A DNA stretch of 64,000 bases from Candidatus Obscuribacterales bacterium. Its GTDB lineage: Bacteria > Cyanobacteriota > Vampirovibrionia > Obscuribacterales > Obscuribacteraceae. Position numbers and translations under genes: made by a program. Shown one piece after another: positions 8,646 through 19,084 of the stretch. Under the pieces are notes generated by a model. It was given only the letters and a program-made list of their open reading frames with translations, ran no database searches and was not told where the DNA came from. Position 1 is the stretch's first letter, and every line of letters starts with the position of its first letter. The stretch lies in contig CBDDIJ010000003.1 of NCBI GenBank assembly GCA_965228855.1, positions 1,248,001 to 1,312,000 of the forward strand, in the 5' to 3' direction.

Positions 8646-10562
8646 CTATAGGTGAACAGATCGTTCAGCCGCCTCCAGCGAGGCTTTCAACTTCTGGCGA
8701 ACAGTTTCGTCCTCTTTTATTTTTAGAGCGGCCTCGTACTCGACGATACTGCCGGCAATATCATTCTGACCGAAGGCGATGTCGCCGAGTTCGACTCGAT
8801 CCGAAAAACTGTTTGGATCTCTGCCGGCCATTCGCATCATAATTTTGAAATTTTTCATAGTGACCTGATTTGTCGGATCTAAATACAGCGAATTGCGAAA
8901 CTGCTTGAGAGACAACTCGGGTTGAGCTCGCTGTTCCATTCCTAAATTGTTGTATGCAATGGACAAGTTTTGAAAGGCCTTCTTGTAGGATGTGTCGTAT
9001 AGGATGGCATTCTGAAACGTAATAATTGCTGACTCAATATCGTGCTGTTTCAGTCTCAGAACGGCTTGATTATTCAACATCGTTGCTATTGAACGATAAG
9101 AGTGCCGAGGCTTTGCGAGGTGAATGGAGCGCATCAAGGTCACCGGCAACAGCTGCGCGGTTTCCTTGGGGCATTTTGCCGACGTATCTGCCACTACGAC
9201 CACATCTTTCCGTGAGCCGGTCCAATTCTCGACCTGCCAAATTCCTTTTGGAAATTTAGAGAAAACTGACGGCTCTGAATCCGACTTCGTCTCTACAATC
9301 GGCGCCGTTCCTTTTCCAATGTCGACAGTGATAGCCGACACCTGTCCTGAATCGTCCCAAACGAACAGACTGGTCCTCCCTTCGTTTCGCCCGATCAAGG
9401 CGATTTCTGTGGACGATACCACGCATGGTATCGCCACATCGGGATCACTAACAACAGTCCTCGTGATGCTCTGCTCAGTTTTAAATAGTCGTGGTTGGCC
9501 AGTCTTTGCCTCAATTTGCTTTGTTGGCCAAATCTCGGCGAGAGTCAATATTTGGTTCGAGAGATAAGGGAATTCCGATTGCGGCTTCACCCTGAATATG
9601 TTTTTCAAGATAAACCGACGCAGTGCGTGAAGGGCGGGCAACATCGAATTTGAGTGCTTTGAGACTGTAAGAGCCCATGCCTCACTGTTTCCGACCTCAT
9701 CCTCTATCGCCATAGTCGTCTTGCCGGAGGACCTTCCTATCAGAATAACCTCTCGCTTCTCAGTCACGACCGGATCTACAACTTTGGTGTCGGCGACGGC
9801 GATATTGTTTATCCCATCCGGAACGCGGAAGGCTCTGCTCTGCGATACGTTTAAATGCACATTATGACTCGTTTTGTAGTGATCTGTGCGGACATTCGAT
9901 CTGACAGTCACTTTGTCGTTTTTGCCCCACTGTAAGACATCTTCTCTAGGCCCCTTCGCTTTATGCGGCGGTTTAGGGGACAGTGGCGGATTTTTGCTTA
10001 CTGACAGATTGCAATTGACCTGCTTTGTTGCAAACTCCTCTTCCAATTTGATGGAGGGGAAATCGGCGAGGGACACTACAGTTTCGTCCGTAAAATTCAC
10101 TCGACGGTCAAGTTCTGTTTTGGCTGCAACGAGACTAGAGCTTAAAAAGTCGGGAGTGTTTTCAACGCGGACCTCCATTAACAGGGTCGCGCCAAGTTCG
10201 TTCCACAGGATTAGGGTAGTCACTCCGGGCTTCTTTCCCCGGATATATAGGTCAGTTTCGCAAACAACAACTGGTTCAGCAATGTTCGGATCCGCTATTG
10301 CGGTTCTGACAATGTTGTTTTTCGTTCGAAACAGTCGAGCCTGAGACACTGAAAGATCGAGAATGTATTTCTTTTCGAACTCTTGTAACCGCATTGCCTT
10401 GCTCGAAACCGTCGCGCGAGGCTTCTCTTGCAGGCCTGTTAAGGGTGTCGCAATCGCGTTTTCCGCGGAGAAGACGCCCAGCAGAAGCCAAAATGACGCT
10501 GCTTTTAGCGGAAGCCGCGCACAATCTAAACGATGCAAGTAATTACACGATCTCATCGACAC
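8646..10562 (-). CDS. Exported protein with three pilus-formation N-terminal (CpaC/RcpA-N-like) domains and C-terminal TPRs
   Basis: Three repeats of the pattern 'AIADPNIAEPVVV..TDLYIRGKKPGVTTLILW'; TPR-like helices; no secretin domain. Confidence 0.7.
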   Translation of the reverse strand: MSMRSCNYLHRLDCARLPLKAASFWLLLGVFSAENAIATPLTGLQEKPRATVSSKAMRLQEFEKKYILDLSVSQARLFRTKNNIVRTAIADPNIAEPVVVCETDLYIRGKKPGVTTLILWNELGATLLMEVRVENTPDFLSSSLVAAKTELDRRVNFTDETVVSLADFPSIKLEEEFATKQVNCNLSVSKNPPLSPKPPHKAKGPREDVLQWGKNDKVTVRSNVRTDHYKTSHNVHLNVSQSRAFRVPDGINNIAVADTKVVDPVVTEKREVILIGRSSGKTTMAIEDEVGNSEAWALTVSKHSNSMLPALHALRRFILKNIFRVKPQSEFPYLSNQILTLAEIWPTKQIEAKTGQPRLFKTEQSITRTVVSDPDVAIPCVVSSTEIALIGRNEGRTSLFVWDDSGQVSAITVDIGKGTAPIVETKSDSEPSVFSKFPKGIWQVENWTGSRKDVVVVADTSAKCPKETAQLLPVTLMRSIHLAKPRHSYRSIATMLNNQAVLRLKQHDIESAIITFQNAILYDTSYKKAFQNLSIAYNNLGMEQRAQPELSLKQFRNSLYLDPTNQVTMKNFKIMMRMAGRDPNSFSDRVELGDIAFGQNDIAGSIVEYEAALKIKEDETVRQKLKASLEAAERSVHL

Positions 10563-10637
10563 GGCACTTCCGCGTTTCTAGACTGACCTAACTATTATAT
10601 TCAACTCGTTCAGTCTCGGCTTGGATTACGTCGGTCG

Positions 10638-11393
10638 GTGTATGCTGGAGTAGTATGTCTGCTGGGCGGCGTGAAGATGGATGTCGAAGAAGTAATTGCG
10701 AATACGAGAAAACGTTATTCTCTCCTCGAAACATACGAGGACGAGGGTGTTTTCGAGCAGCGTAGTTATGGGCGCATTTACAAGCAGACTTTTCGCACCT
10801 CGTTTTCCAAACCCGGCAACTTGCTTTTTCAAACTCAGTGCGTCAAACCCGATGAGCCTCACTTCGCGCCTTTGGAAAAGTTCGGAGGGCGGCTTGTCAT
10901 GAAAGATGGTAAAGCGGTTTCTCGCTTCAGCCACGCAGTCGGAGAGACCGATCTTTCAGACGTGGCAATCTGGAGTGCTGTCAGTTCTTCTCGCGATATT
11001 TTTAGATTGGTTGTTCCGCTACTTTTGCCAGATGTCGCGGTCTCACCCTTGTTAAATCAAAAATTTAAATTGATTCCCGATCGTTCTGGAGCAAATGACA
11101 GCTACCACCTGTGGTGTCTCGAAAAACGCTTTCATATTTGGATTGACAAGGACGATATGATTATTCGTCGGTTTAAACAGGAGTATGCGGACTCCGGACT
11201 CAAGGACCTCTGGAATGAAACATTTCCGCAGTTCCATACGCGGAGTCAGGGAGACCTATCTGCGGTTTTCGACGAGGTGCGCTGCGATCAGCCTATAGCC
11301 GAATCTGTCTTCTCATTCGATGATTATGTAAGTGAGCCGGTAGCCGTTGAGTCTGCCGTCGCTTTGTTCAAGAAAATGTTTTCTATAAAGTAA
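10638..11393 (+). CDS. Hypothetical protein, possible LolA-like fold (start may be 10677)
   Basis: FRTSFSKPGNLLF, HIWIDKDDMIIRR, DQPIAESVFSF patterns reminiscent of LolA-like proteins. Confidence 0.5.
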   Translation: MYAGVVCLLGGVKMDVEEVIANTRKRYSLLETYEDEGVFEQRSYGRIYKQTFRTSFSKPGNLLFQTQCVKPDEPHFAPLEKFGGRLVMKDGKAVSRFSHAVGETDLSDVAIWSAVSSSRDIFRLVVPLLLPDVAVSPLLNQKFKLIPDRSGANDSYHLWCLEKRFHIWIDKDDMIIRRFKQEYADSGLKDLWNETFPQFHTRSQGDLSAVFDEVRCDQPIAESVFSFDDYVSEPVAVESAVALFKKMFSIK

Positions 11394-11448
11394 GTTCCTC
11401 TACCCAGCGACAAGCTTTGCTGCCGGGCAAAAGGTTCCAAAGTCGGCG

Positions 11449-14091
11449 CTAAAACCAGAATTTAGTTTTCTTGGTCCACTCACTGCCAGGGAAGTTCTTG
11501 TGCAATGCTTGAAACGCCTGCTTTGAATATGCAGTAGTTTTATCGTCGGTGTTGCCGTAGCGCGTCGTAGTGACGACGAGGTGAAGCATCTCTGCCAGAC
11601 GAGGATCTTTAGGATTTGCCTTAGAGAGTGCGAGCACTCTCTGTGCCAGGCTGTTTGGTGCGGTACCAATGGCGGTGATGGCTGCAGTTTCATCTTTCCC
11701 CTGCGACGACTCCGGGGCGCTTAAAAAGGCTGCGTTTACGACCTTCGTCTCGGATTTCTTATCTTCGTCATCGTCCGCATACATATTTCGCGGCGATTCC
11801 GGCATGCTTGCATCCCACCAGTTATTTCGAAAATCATCAATCTTGTCGAAGGCGGTTTCTCTGGGAAGACCAGGTGTCACATAAGGTCGCATGCCCGGAT
11901 TGCGCAAGATCGTTATCAGTGCGGCATACTCTTTATCAGTTCCAGACTTCGCCGTATCGTAGGCTGTGAGCGATTTGCTCAGCTGCGGTCTGAGCTTGGA
12001 GAGCACCGGCGATAGTGTCATCGCCATCTTCTCATTTTTCAACAAAACGCTGCGAACCCAGCCGGCTTGTGCAAGATCTAGACGAACTGTTGCAGGGAGA
12101 CTTGGGTTGGTTGCCAGCGACACATATGTCTGCAGAGGGGTAATCTTATTGACTATGTTTGCCGACTCGTCGGTGAGGCAGCCTGTGTATTTGAAATAGT
12201 CGTTGATGGGAGTTAGTTTCACTGGACCCGGCTCGAAATCACTATCTGTGTCCGGTAGCTCATTTGAATCATAATCCCAGGTGATTACGGCAGGACTGGG
12301 AGCGGCAAATTTGACGAATTCCGCGAGCGAGCCTGCGCACGCGACGCCCATCTCGAACAGCCCATTGCGTGCACTCGGTGGGAGTTTCGCTCCGATTTCC
12401 GTTAAGAGTGTGTTGATGCGCGCGGCCGCTTCTTTCGGTTTATTCTCGTCTATTAGTAATCGGATTTGATGATACTGAAGCGTTATGTACGCTGGCGAGT
12501 CGGACGTGACTTTCTCTGTTTCTGCAAGCACAGCCGCTTTATTCGGGTCAGTTGCTTCAATTTTGGAAATTACTGAGACTAACCACGGCAGTGACTTTGA
12601 TTTTTGCCATTCGTCCATGGCTTGCTTTAGCGAATCTTTTTTCGAATCCTGATAGTTCAAAATCCACTTAGTCATATCATCGTCGAAAACAACGTCCGCC
12701 GCTGACGGCAGCTTCTTATCGCCAGCATTGGTGGCTGTAGCAACTACATGAGTGGATACTTTAGTTTGCGATACGCTGGCGCTTTCGGTTTTAGTGCAAG
12801 CTACCACTCCGCATGACAGAACCGAGAACGTCAAGGCAAGTGCGATCGTTGAGTTCTGAGATAGGTTACTTCGTTGCTCTTTGGTGCGCCACCAGAGACG
12901 GTGCATGCCGAAGAGCCCAAGTACTCCGAGGGCGGCTACGCTCAGTAAGGTATTCTCGGGCGTCGATGCGTCATTGTTGAGCGTGTCGTCGATGCGCATG
13001 CTGGTTGGTGTGTTAGAAGTTTGCTTCTCTATAACTTTGTCTAGCAGGAGCGTATAGTCTCCTAGCGCTTCGGTCAGATCTTCTCCGGAGGATGTCGCAA
13101 GGAGCGCTCCTACAACTTCTTTAGCCCTGTCCGATGGATTCAGACGGAAGTCGACAAAGCTCATCAATCTTTTCGCAGCCGCGTGCATGCTCGCCGTTTC
13201 CTTCGATTGAAGAACTTTCTCGAGCAGCGTCTTCGCTTGCTGCAAATCTTCGGCGGAAACGACGTCTCCGATGGTTGCCTTCCGGCAGAAAGAGCGTGCT
13301 GCCAGGTAGTTGCCCCACTGCTGCCAGGACGAGGATGAGTCTGCCGCAATAGCCTTGAATTTTTCGGCGGCGGCGTCGTAGCGCTTGGAGTAAAAATCCT
13401 CACAGGCACTTTGATATTTTGAGTCGTCCGATGCGCCCGCGGCCGCCACAGATTCTGTCGATTCTTTTTTTGCTGTTGAGCTATTGTCGCTTTCTGAACT
13501 TATGCCGAAAATCGCATCTTGAGCTGTCAACCAGTCTTTGACTTTCTGGTCACCAGCGCCATATTTCTCGATTTTCGACTTGAGCGTTGCGGTAGCGGTG
13601 TTAAACGCGTCAGCATTGTATGTGAGATAACCCATATAGCCGTTGGTGTCGTATGCATTGACGTCTTTGGCTTTGACGTTTAAAACCTTATTACGTTCAT
13701 TTGTCCAGGCTTTCAGTGCGATTTGAACATCTACATCGAGCGCTTCCAATCTGCGGTCCCAGAGGGCGACGAATGCCTTCTGGTCGGCCGGGCTGCTTTT
13801 CACTCCTGCCAGATATCGGTAACCCACAACGAGAAAAGACCTTGCGTAGTGGGGGTTTAGTACACCTAATTCTCCGGCGGCAAATCGCTTCATCGGGAAA
13901 TCCGGATGGTTGCTTGTGACGAACACTGCGATTTTTGAAAAGGGTCCGCAGGCATCAGTTGATTGGGCTGCCACCGCTGATAGTGCGCAGGTAATCGCGA
14001 TGGAGGTGATTGAGTTTCTCTTACGAGCGAAAAACGTTGTGTTTATGGGAGCCTTGTCGTTTGCAAGTTTCTCAACCCGATTGATTCTCAT
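11449..14091 (-). CDS. Large exported helical protein, partner of DUF3142 gene
   Basis: Signal ending DA|CGP, GELGVLNPHYARSFLVVGYRYL, C-terminal PEMLH-like 'AEMLHLVV...YSKQAFQALHKNFPGSEWTKKTKFWF'; 4-nt overlap with upstream gene. Confidence 0.75.
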   Translation of the reverse strand: MRINRVEKLANDKAPINTTFFARKRNSITSIAITCALSAVAAQSTDACGPFSKIAVFVTSNHPDFPMKRFAAGELGVLNPHYARSFLVVGYRYLAGVKSSPADQKAFVALWDRRLEALDVDVQIALKAWTNERNKVLNVKAKDVNAYDTNGYMGYLTYNADAFNTATATLKSKIEKYGAGDQKVKDWLTAQDAIFGISSESDNSSTAKKESTESVAAAGASDDSKYQSACEDFYSKRYDAAAEKFKAIAADSSSSWQQWGNYLAARSFCRKATIGDVVSAEDLQQAKTLLEKVLQSKETASMHAAAKRLMSFVDFRLNPSDRAKEVVGALLATSSGEDLTEALGDYTLLLDKVIEKQTSNTPTSMRIDDTLNNDASTPENTLLSVAALGVLGLFGMHRLWWRTKEQRSNLSQNSTIALALTFSVLSCGVVACTKTESASVSQTKVSTHVVATATNAGDKKLPSAADVVFDDDMTKWILNYQDSKKDSLKQAMDEWQKSKSLPWLVSVISKIEATDPNKAAVLAETEKVTSDSPAYITLQYHQIRLLIDENKPKEAAARINTLLTEIGAKLPPSARNGLFEMGVACAGSLAEFVKFAAPSPAVITWDYDSNELPDTDSDFEPGPVKLTPINDYFKYTGCLTDESANIVNKITPLQTYVSLATNPSLPATVRLDLAQAGWVRSVLLKNEKMAMTLSPVLSKLRPQLSKSLTAYDTAKSGTDKEYAALITILRNPGMRPYVTPGLPRETAFDKIDDFRNNWWDASMPESPRNMYADDDEDKKSETKVVNAAFLSAPESSQGKDETAAITAIGTAPNSLAQRVLALSKANPKDPRLAEMLHLVVTTTRYGNTDDKTTAYSKQAFQALHKNFPGSEWTKKTKFWF

Positions 14092-14906
14092 ATCGTTCCT
14101 ACCTTTCGCAGAAGCTGTTCCATGTGCTCTTTAGTCCATGTGCGCGCCGAAAAAAGATATAAGCGGCGCCCATCTAAAAGTTGTCGTCTATTGTTCTCAG
14201 AAATCAACTCCGTTATTTCGGAGCTGCTGTCCGCCAGACCTATTGCCTTTTCTTTGGAAAAACTCTCAACTTTTTTTCCAGCGTTCAGGTAGTGCGCGAC
14301 CTGCCTAGTGTCCGCACCCATGCTGAAGAACATGGGCACAATCTCATCGGCTGATGTGCCAGCTAGCCAACGATCGCCGGTACACCAGGATGCAAGCGCG
14401 GTCATCGATAAAGTTTTGTCTGCAGGAATGTTCTCTCGTAATTTTGTCAACAAGCGTTTGTAGAAATCGCGCTCCGATAGTTTTGCATCGAAATCAATTT
14501 GAACGTCGCGAACTCCAGGCAGTTTCGAAACTTTTATCACGGTCGCCAAAATGCGGTCCATTTGAGCGGAATCGAGAGTCGGTTTATCGCTTTTGCTGCT
14601 TTCAATACGGATAACGGAGGTTAAGAACGTATCGGAGTTTACTTTTAACGGCTGCAGTCTGGGTTTTGCCCAAACCTTATCGTCGTAGAGTGTGAGAGTT
14701 TCGGCCAAAAATGCTACGCCGATTTGCTGCGAATTAATCCATCGCAGATCGCTAGGTGCTTCCCACGCCCAGAGAATGATCCTGGGTTTCGAGCCCTGAA
14801 AGCGAGGACTCTCGATTTTATTGCTGAAATTGCATCCCGATATTGCCAAGCAAATTGGCAGTATGAAGAGTGCTAACAGCGCTAGTTTGCGTGCAGGTTT
14901 CAGCAT
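14088..14906 (-). CDS. DUF3142-family putative lipoprotein (GH18-like barrel fragment)
   Basis: ISGC lipobox; LWAWE, VQIDFDA..SERDFY, LSMTALASWC, DEIVPMFFSMG. Confidence 0.75.
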   Translation of the reverse strand: MLKPARKLALLALFILPICLAISGCNFSNKIESPRFQGSKPRIILWAWEAPSDLRWINSQQIGVAFLAETLTLYDDKVWAKPRLQPLKVNSDTFLTSVIRIESSKSDKPTLDSAQMDRILATVIKVSKLPGVRDVQIDFDAKLSERDFYKRLLTKLRENIPADKTLSMTALASWCTGDRWLAGTSADEIVPMFFSMGADTRQVAHYLNAGKKVESFSKEKAIGLADSSSEITELISENNRRQLLDGRRLYLFSARTWTKEHMEQLLRKVGTI

Positions 14907-14934
14907 GGTCGTAGCTTACCAGAACTGCTAACCG

Positions 14935-15549
14935 TCAGCTGTGGTTATGCTTTGGAATATCAAACTTTTTACGTAGATTTTCGTCTAACTTTTTATTTGC
15001 GTCATCAAGATTTTCGATCCGCTCTTTTGCTGATGCTTTAGCCGCTAGATCAGCACTTTTGACCTCGCCTGAAATAAGGCATTCACTGAAACTTTTTTCC
15101 ATCTCGTTGAAATATTGTACATACCCCTGCTGCAGTGCGCGAACCTCCGGTGGGGATGTTAGTGCGCTCAGTGCTGCTCCAGCGGTTGCATATTTCTCGA
15201 CCATTCGTTTGACAAACTTCTCGGCGCCGGTGGATAGCGTCGCTCCTGATTTGAGCGCTTTCTTCAGCGCTGAGCCATACTTCAATTTTTCGATAAGCGA
15301 CATCTCTGCGTCGTTTCTGATTTGGTCGTATTTATCGAACCATTCGACGATGGCTGGGTTTTTAGCGGTCAGTTCGCCCGCTTCTTTGGACGCTGCGGGT
15401 TCTGAATCTTCTGCGAATGCTGCGCTCTGATTGTAGGAAATACCCAAAATAAGCGCGACCACAATCGACAAGGCGATTCGCGTTGCGGCTTCTATGACCC
15501 GAGATAAATAGGCAAGGGACGAGGGAACGGGTATGGTCTTACTATGCAT
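14935..15549 (-). CDS. Hypothetical exported helical protein
   Basis: Hydrophobic N-terminal segment ending AFA; helical charged remainder. Confidence 0.65.
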   Translation of the reverse strand: MHSKTIPVPSSLAYLSRVIEAATRIALSIVVALILGISYNQSAAFAEDSEPAASKEAGELTAKNPAIVEWFDKYDQIRNDAEMSLIEKLKYGSALKKALKSGATLSTGAEKFVKRMVEKYATAGAALSALTSPPEVRALQQGYVQYFNEMEKSFSECLISGEVKSADLAAKASAKERIENLDDANKKLDENLRKKFDIPKHNHS

Positions 15550-15614
15550 GCGGACCTGTTATGTTGCTGGCATGATTCTAGCACAAGCGAGACCTGTCGC
15601 TATTCTGTACAGTT

Positions 15615-16298
15615 TCAACGCTCGGTGGTAAGCGAATAGCCGATACCATGAACGGTGCGAATGAACGATGCTTGTCCATCTGAATCAATCTGAGTTCTTA
15701 TTCGGTTGATGTGTTTTCGCACCACATCTGGTGACGCGTCTGTGCTTGACGACCAGATCCTATCAATGAGCGCTTCTGCGCTGAAGACCTTATTGGGGTA
15801 GGTTAAAAACAGTTCCAGGATTGCAAAATCTTTCGGCATGAGCTTCAGTTCCTTGCCGTTTTTTGTGACCAGCTTGGTTTCCTTATTCAATACGACATCG
15901 CCAATTGATAAACAGTCAGTTGGTGCGCTGGTGTTCGGCGCTCTGCGGATAAGTGATTTAATGCGAACGGCTAGTTCTCGCAATTCGAACGGTTTGGTCA
16001 AATAGTCGTCGGCTCCGGCGTCGAAGCCGGATTCTTTGTCTTCGATATCGCGCCTGCCTGTCAGCATGATAACTGGCGTCACCCCACCCTGAGCGCGGAA
16101 TTGCTTGACGATTTCGATGCCGGTCATTTTCGGTAGAACCCAATCAAGCACAATTACGTCGTACTCGTAGGCGCGCAAATATCCAAGCGCCTCAATCCCG
16201 TCCATCGCGCAATCGACGTTGTATTGCTGCGATTCGAGCAGATCGCGAATGTTTTCGCTCAAATCGGCGTTGTCTTCGACTACCAGAATCTTCGCCAT
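15615..16298 (-). CDS. OmpR/PhoB-family response regulator
   Basis: ILVVEDN, LDWVLP phosphoacceptor, GADDYLTKPF, C-terminal TVHGIGY winged helix. Confidence 0.95.
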   Translation of the reverse strand: MAKILVVEDNADLSENIRDLLESQQYNVDCAMDGIEALGYLRAYEYDVIVLDWVLPKMTGIEIVKQFRAQGGVTPVIMLTGRRDIEDKESGFDAGADDYLTKPFELRELAVRIKSLIRRAPNTSAPTDCLSIGDVVLNKETKLVTKNGKELKLMPKDFAILELFLTYPNKVFSAEALIDRIWSSSTDASPDVVRKHINRIRTQIDSDGQASFIRTVHGIGYSLTTER

Positions 16299-16383
16299 GG
16301 TTTCCCGTCCGTTGGCAATTCCACTTGGGCACTGACAATCATATACAATAATCGCATCCGAATTAGGAGTTCAGGATAAGAAT

Positions 16384-17820
16384 TTGAGCGGCAAAAGACA
16401 ATTCACGCTCGTCGATAAGTTTGTTGTGACGGCAGCCGTGCCGCTCGTCTTTGTTTTTCTTTTGCTCGTTCTCATTGTGATTTTACGTCATCAAGTTGAG
16501 CTGGACGCAAGGCAGAACGATCGGTCCAAGCACCTGATCGCAAAAACAAGCGCTGTTATCGAAGAATGCAACGACGTCGGAGTAGCGTTTATCATCTACG
16601 ACGCCCAGACAAAGCCTTTCTTCGAGGAGCGTTTCGTTAATTCGGTTGCGAAGCTGCGGGCCAGCTATCGTTCTCTCGCACACATTGCAAAGGACTATCC
16701 TCGTTACGAGCCCATTGTCAAGGCTACACGACAAGATGCGGAAGAGGCGCTCGAAATTTTAGGGAGACGCAAGGCAATAATCGACGCTGGTGGACGACTT
16801 GAAATCACTGAGGCATTAAACCTTCAAGACCAACTCAAGCACATCGAGAAAGAACTCGACACTATCATCGCCGACGAGCGCGCAGCGCAACAAGAGCTGC
16901 GCGAAACGCAACGCTCCGGACAGTGGCTCGGCATCGCAATAGTGCTGGCATTTTTTGCGGTTTCCATAGGTATTGCGCTAGTGTTCGCTTTTCGTCGAAG
17001 CACGGCCACTCGTTTAAATGTTCTGATGGAAAACAGCATGCGCCTCGGCGGCGAACAGCCGCTTGCGCAGCGCCTTGACGGGACAGATGAAATAGCTCAG
17101 ATCGACAGAGTGTTTCATGAGGCTGCTTATAAACTAGAGGAGACGACGCGCTTGCGCCAGCAATTCGTGGCTATGATCAGTCACGATATGCGCACGCCAC
17201 TAGCGGCGGTGAAAAGCACGCTTGAATTGCTTGGGGCGGGAACCTGGGGCGAGCTGTCTGAGCGCGCTCAAGCAAAGGTCGGGCGCGCCGAAGAAAATTT
17301 GAAACACACTATCAATTTGATAAACAACTTGATAGATCTCGAAAAAATGCAATCAGGGAAGATCGAAATTTCGCCCGAAGTCATTTCGCTGTGCGACTTG
17401 TTGTGGCGATGTTCGTCTCTGGTTAATCAGCTTGCAGAGAGCCGCTCCATCACAATCGAAAGTCCTGAGTGTGACGTTCCTCTTTATGCTGATGAGGAGA
17501 AATTGACGCAACTGGTGATAAACCTACTCGGCAACGCAGTTAAGTTTTCGCCGGATAATTCGAAGATAAAGATCGATGTAGCGACTGAGCGCTCGATGGT
17601 TAAGGTGTCTATAACCGACCAGGGACCGGGAATTCCTGAGGCGGAACGCCGAAAAGTGTTTGAACGCTATCACCAGATTGCAGGCGAAAAAGCGAAAGAC
17701 GGTAGCGGTTTAGGCCTGGCGATTTGTAAGGCTATAGTGAAAGCTCATGACGGAGAAATCGGCGTTGACTCAGAGGTCGGGAAAGGAAGCACTTTCTGGT
17801 TCAAGCTTCCAGCGGACTAA
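16384..17820 (+). CDS. Membrane sensor histidine kinase (2 TM, HAMP-like, HisKA, HATPase)
   Basis: SHDMRTPL H-box, NLLGNAVKFS N-box, DQGPGI, GSGLGLAI, GKGSTFWF. Confidence 0.95.
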   Translation: MSGKRQFTLVDKFVVTAAVPLVFVFLLLVLIVILRHQVELDARQNDRSKHLIAKTSAVIEECNDVGVAFIIYDAQTKPFFEERFVNSVAKLRASYRSLAHIAKDYPRYEPIVKATRQDAEEALEILGRRKAIIDAGGRLEITEALNLQDQLKHIEKELDTIIADERAAQQELRETQRSGQWLGIAIVLAFFAVSIGIALVFAFRRSTATRLNVLMENSMRLGGEQPLAQRLDGTDEIAQIDRVFHEAAYKLEETTRLRQQFVAMISHDMRTPLAAVKSTLELLGAGTWGELSERAQAKVGRAEENLKHTINLINNLIDLEKMQSGKIEISPEVISLCDLLWRCSSLVNQLAESRSITIESPECDVPLYADEEKLTQLVINLLGNAVKFSPDNSKIKIDVATERSMVKVSITDQGPGIPEAERRKVFERYHQIAGEKAKDGSGLGLAICKAIVKAHDGEIGVDSEVGKGSTFWFKLPAD

Positions 17821-17895
17821 TGAATTCTAGCGGGGGGCAAACTTCACGAAGCGCTGAATCTCGGCAGCAGGTTGAACGTCGTGTTAACTTGAGAA

Positions 17896-18963
17896 GTGAT
17901 TCCGTTTCGGAGATCTGAAATGCTTTCTGTTGCTTTCCGACTTGCCCTCGCGGTCTTATTGGCAGTGATCACCGCAGAGTTGACAGCTGCCCCTGTTTCA
18001 AGTCAAGGCATGGCCCCTATGGGCCCCTACAATCCTGACCTCGGGCTCACGGAATCTCAGAGACAAGAGTGTAATGGAATTTACCAGCGATACTACAAAT
18101 TACTTGAGCAAGGGAAGTCAGCGGAGGGTCAGTCTCTGTTGGACTCTGGTCTGAAACTATATCCGAATCGAACCATCTTCTTGCAGGCTAAGGCGGACTT
18201 TCTGAAACAGACGGGTAAGTTCGCGGAAGCTCTCGACTGCCTCAACAAGCTCATTGCAGTAGACCCTTTGAATCCAATGTGGTACTTAGAGAGGGCCTCT
18301 GTCGAAGTTAAGCTAAAAAAGTTTCTTGAAGCGGAGAAGGATATCGGCACTTCTCTGAGTTCTCCATTTATGAGCTCGACGTGTATGCACCACGCCCTTC
18401 TCGAGCAATCAGAGATCGAGCAGAAACTTGGACGCATAGTTAAGGCAAAACAATCTGCAGCTGAGGCTGAGTATCTCCAACGCCGCCTGTGGTCCGATGT
18501 CGCCGGCGGATCGGAGGTGGAGTTCGTTGCGAGGACGAAGGAGAGTGCGCGATTAATAAAACTGATTCAAACGATCGCACAGATGGGGCCTCACCAGAGT
18601 GTTTCTGGCCTCGAAGAACTCCTAAAATTCAAGACAAAAGCGTCAATTTCAGGACCGGAGCATCAAACGCACATTGGTGGTTCGACTACGGACTGGTCCA
18701 AGATCACCGTCAATTCCGCTAAGGATGGAAGTAGGTTGATCAGCGTCAAACTTCAGGTGAACCCTTTGAAAGCGGATCTTTTGTCTAACGATGTGAAAGC
18801 GATATTTGGTGCCGACATGCCTAGTAACGCTTCATCACCGCATGGTCCGAAAGAGGCTTTACTCTATAGCACCGATGAATACGATGTGTTCTTCATGAAT
18901 TTCGAGTATTCGTTAAGCGCTCTGAATACCATCGACATATGCTGGAAAAAGCATGAAGAGTAA
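17896..18963 (+). CDS. Exported TPR protein (start may be 17920)
   Basis: Signal-like segment; TPR patterns such as GKFAEALDCLNKLIAVDPLNP. Confidence 0.7.
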   Translation: MIPFRRSEMLSVAFRLALAVLLAVITAELTAAPVSSQGMAPMGPYNPDLGLTESQRQECNGIYQRYYKLLEQGKSAEGQSLLDSGLKLYPNRTIFLQAKADFLKQTGKFAEALDCLNKLIAVDPLNPMWYLERASVEVKLKKFLEAEKDIGTSLSSPFMSSTCMHHALLEQSEIEQKLGRIVKAKQSAAEAEYLQRRLWSDVAGGSEVEFVARTKESARLIKLIQTIAQMGPHQSVSGLEELLKFKTKASISGPEHQTHIGGSTTDWSKITVNSAKDGSRLISVKLQVNPLKADLLSNDVKAIFGADMPSNASSPHGPKEALLYSTDEYDVFFMNFEYSLSALNTIDICWKKHEE

Positions 18964-19084
18964 ATTCGCGAAGCTGTGCTGAAATCAGAAGATACACATT
19001 CACATCATGTAGCATGCGCCTCACAAGCTTCGACGTTGAAGAGCAGGTAGCATATTCCTCGAAATAGCTCTTCAAGCGACGGTA

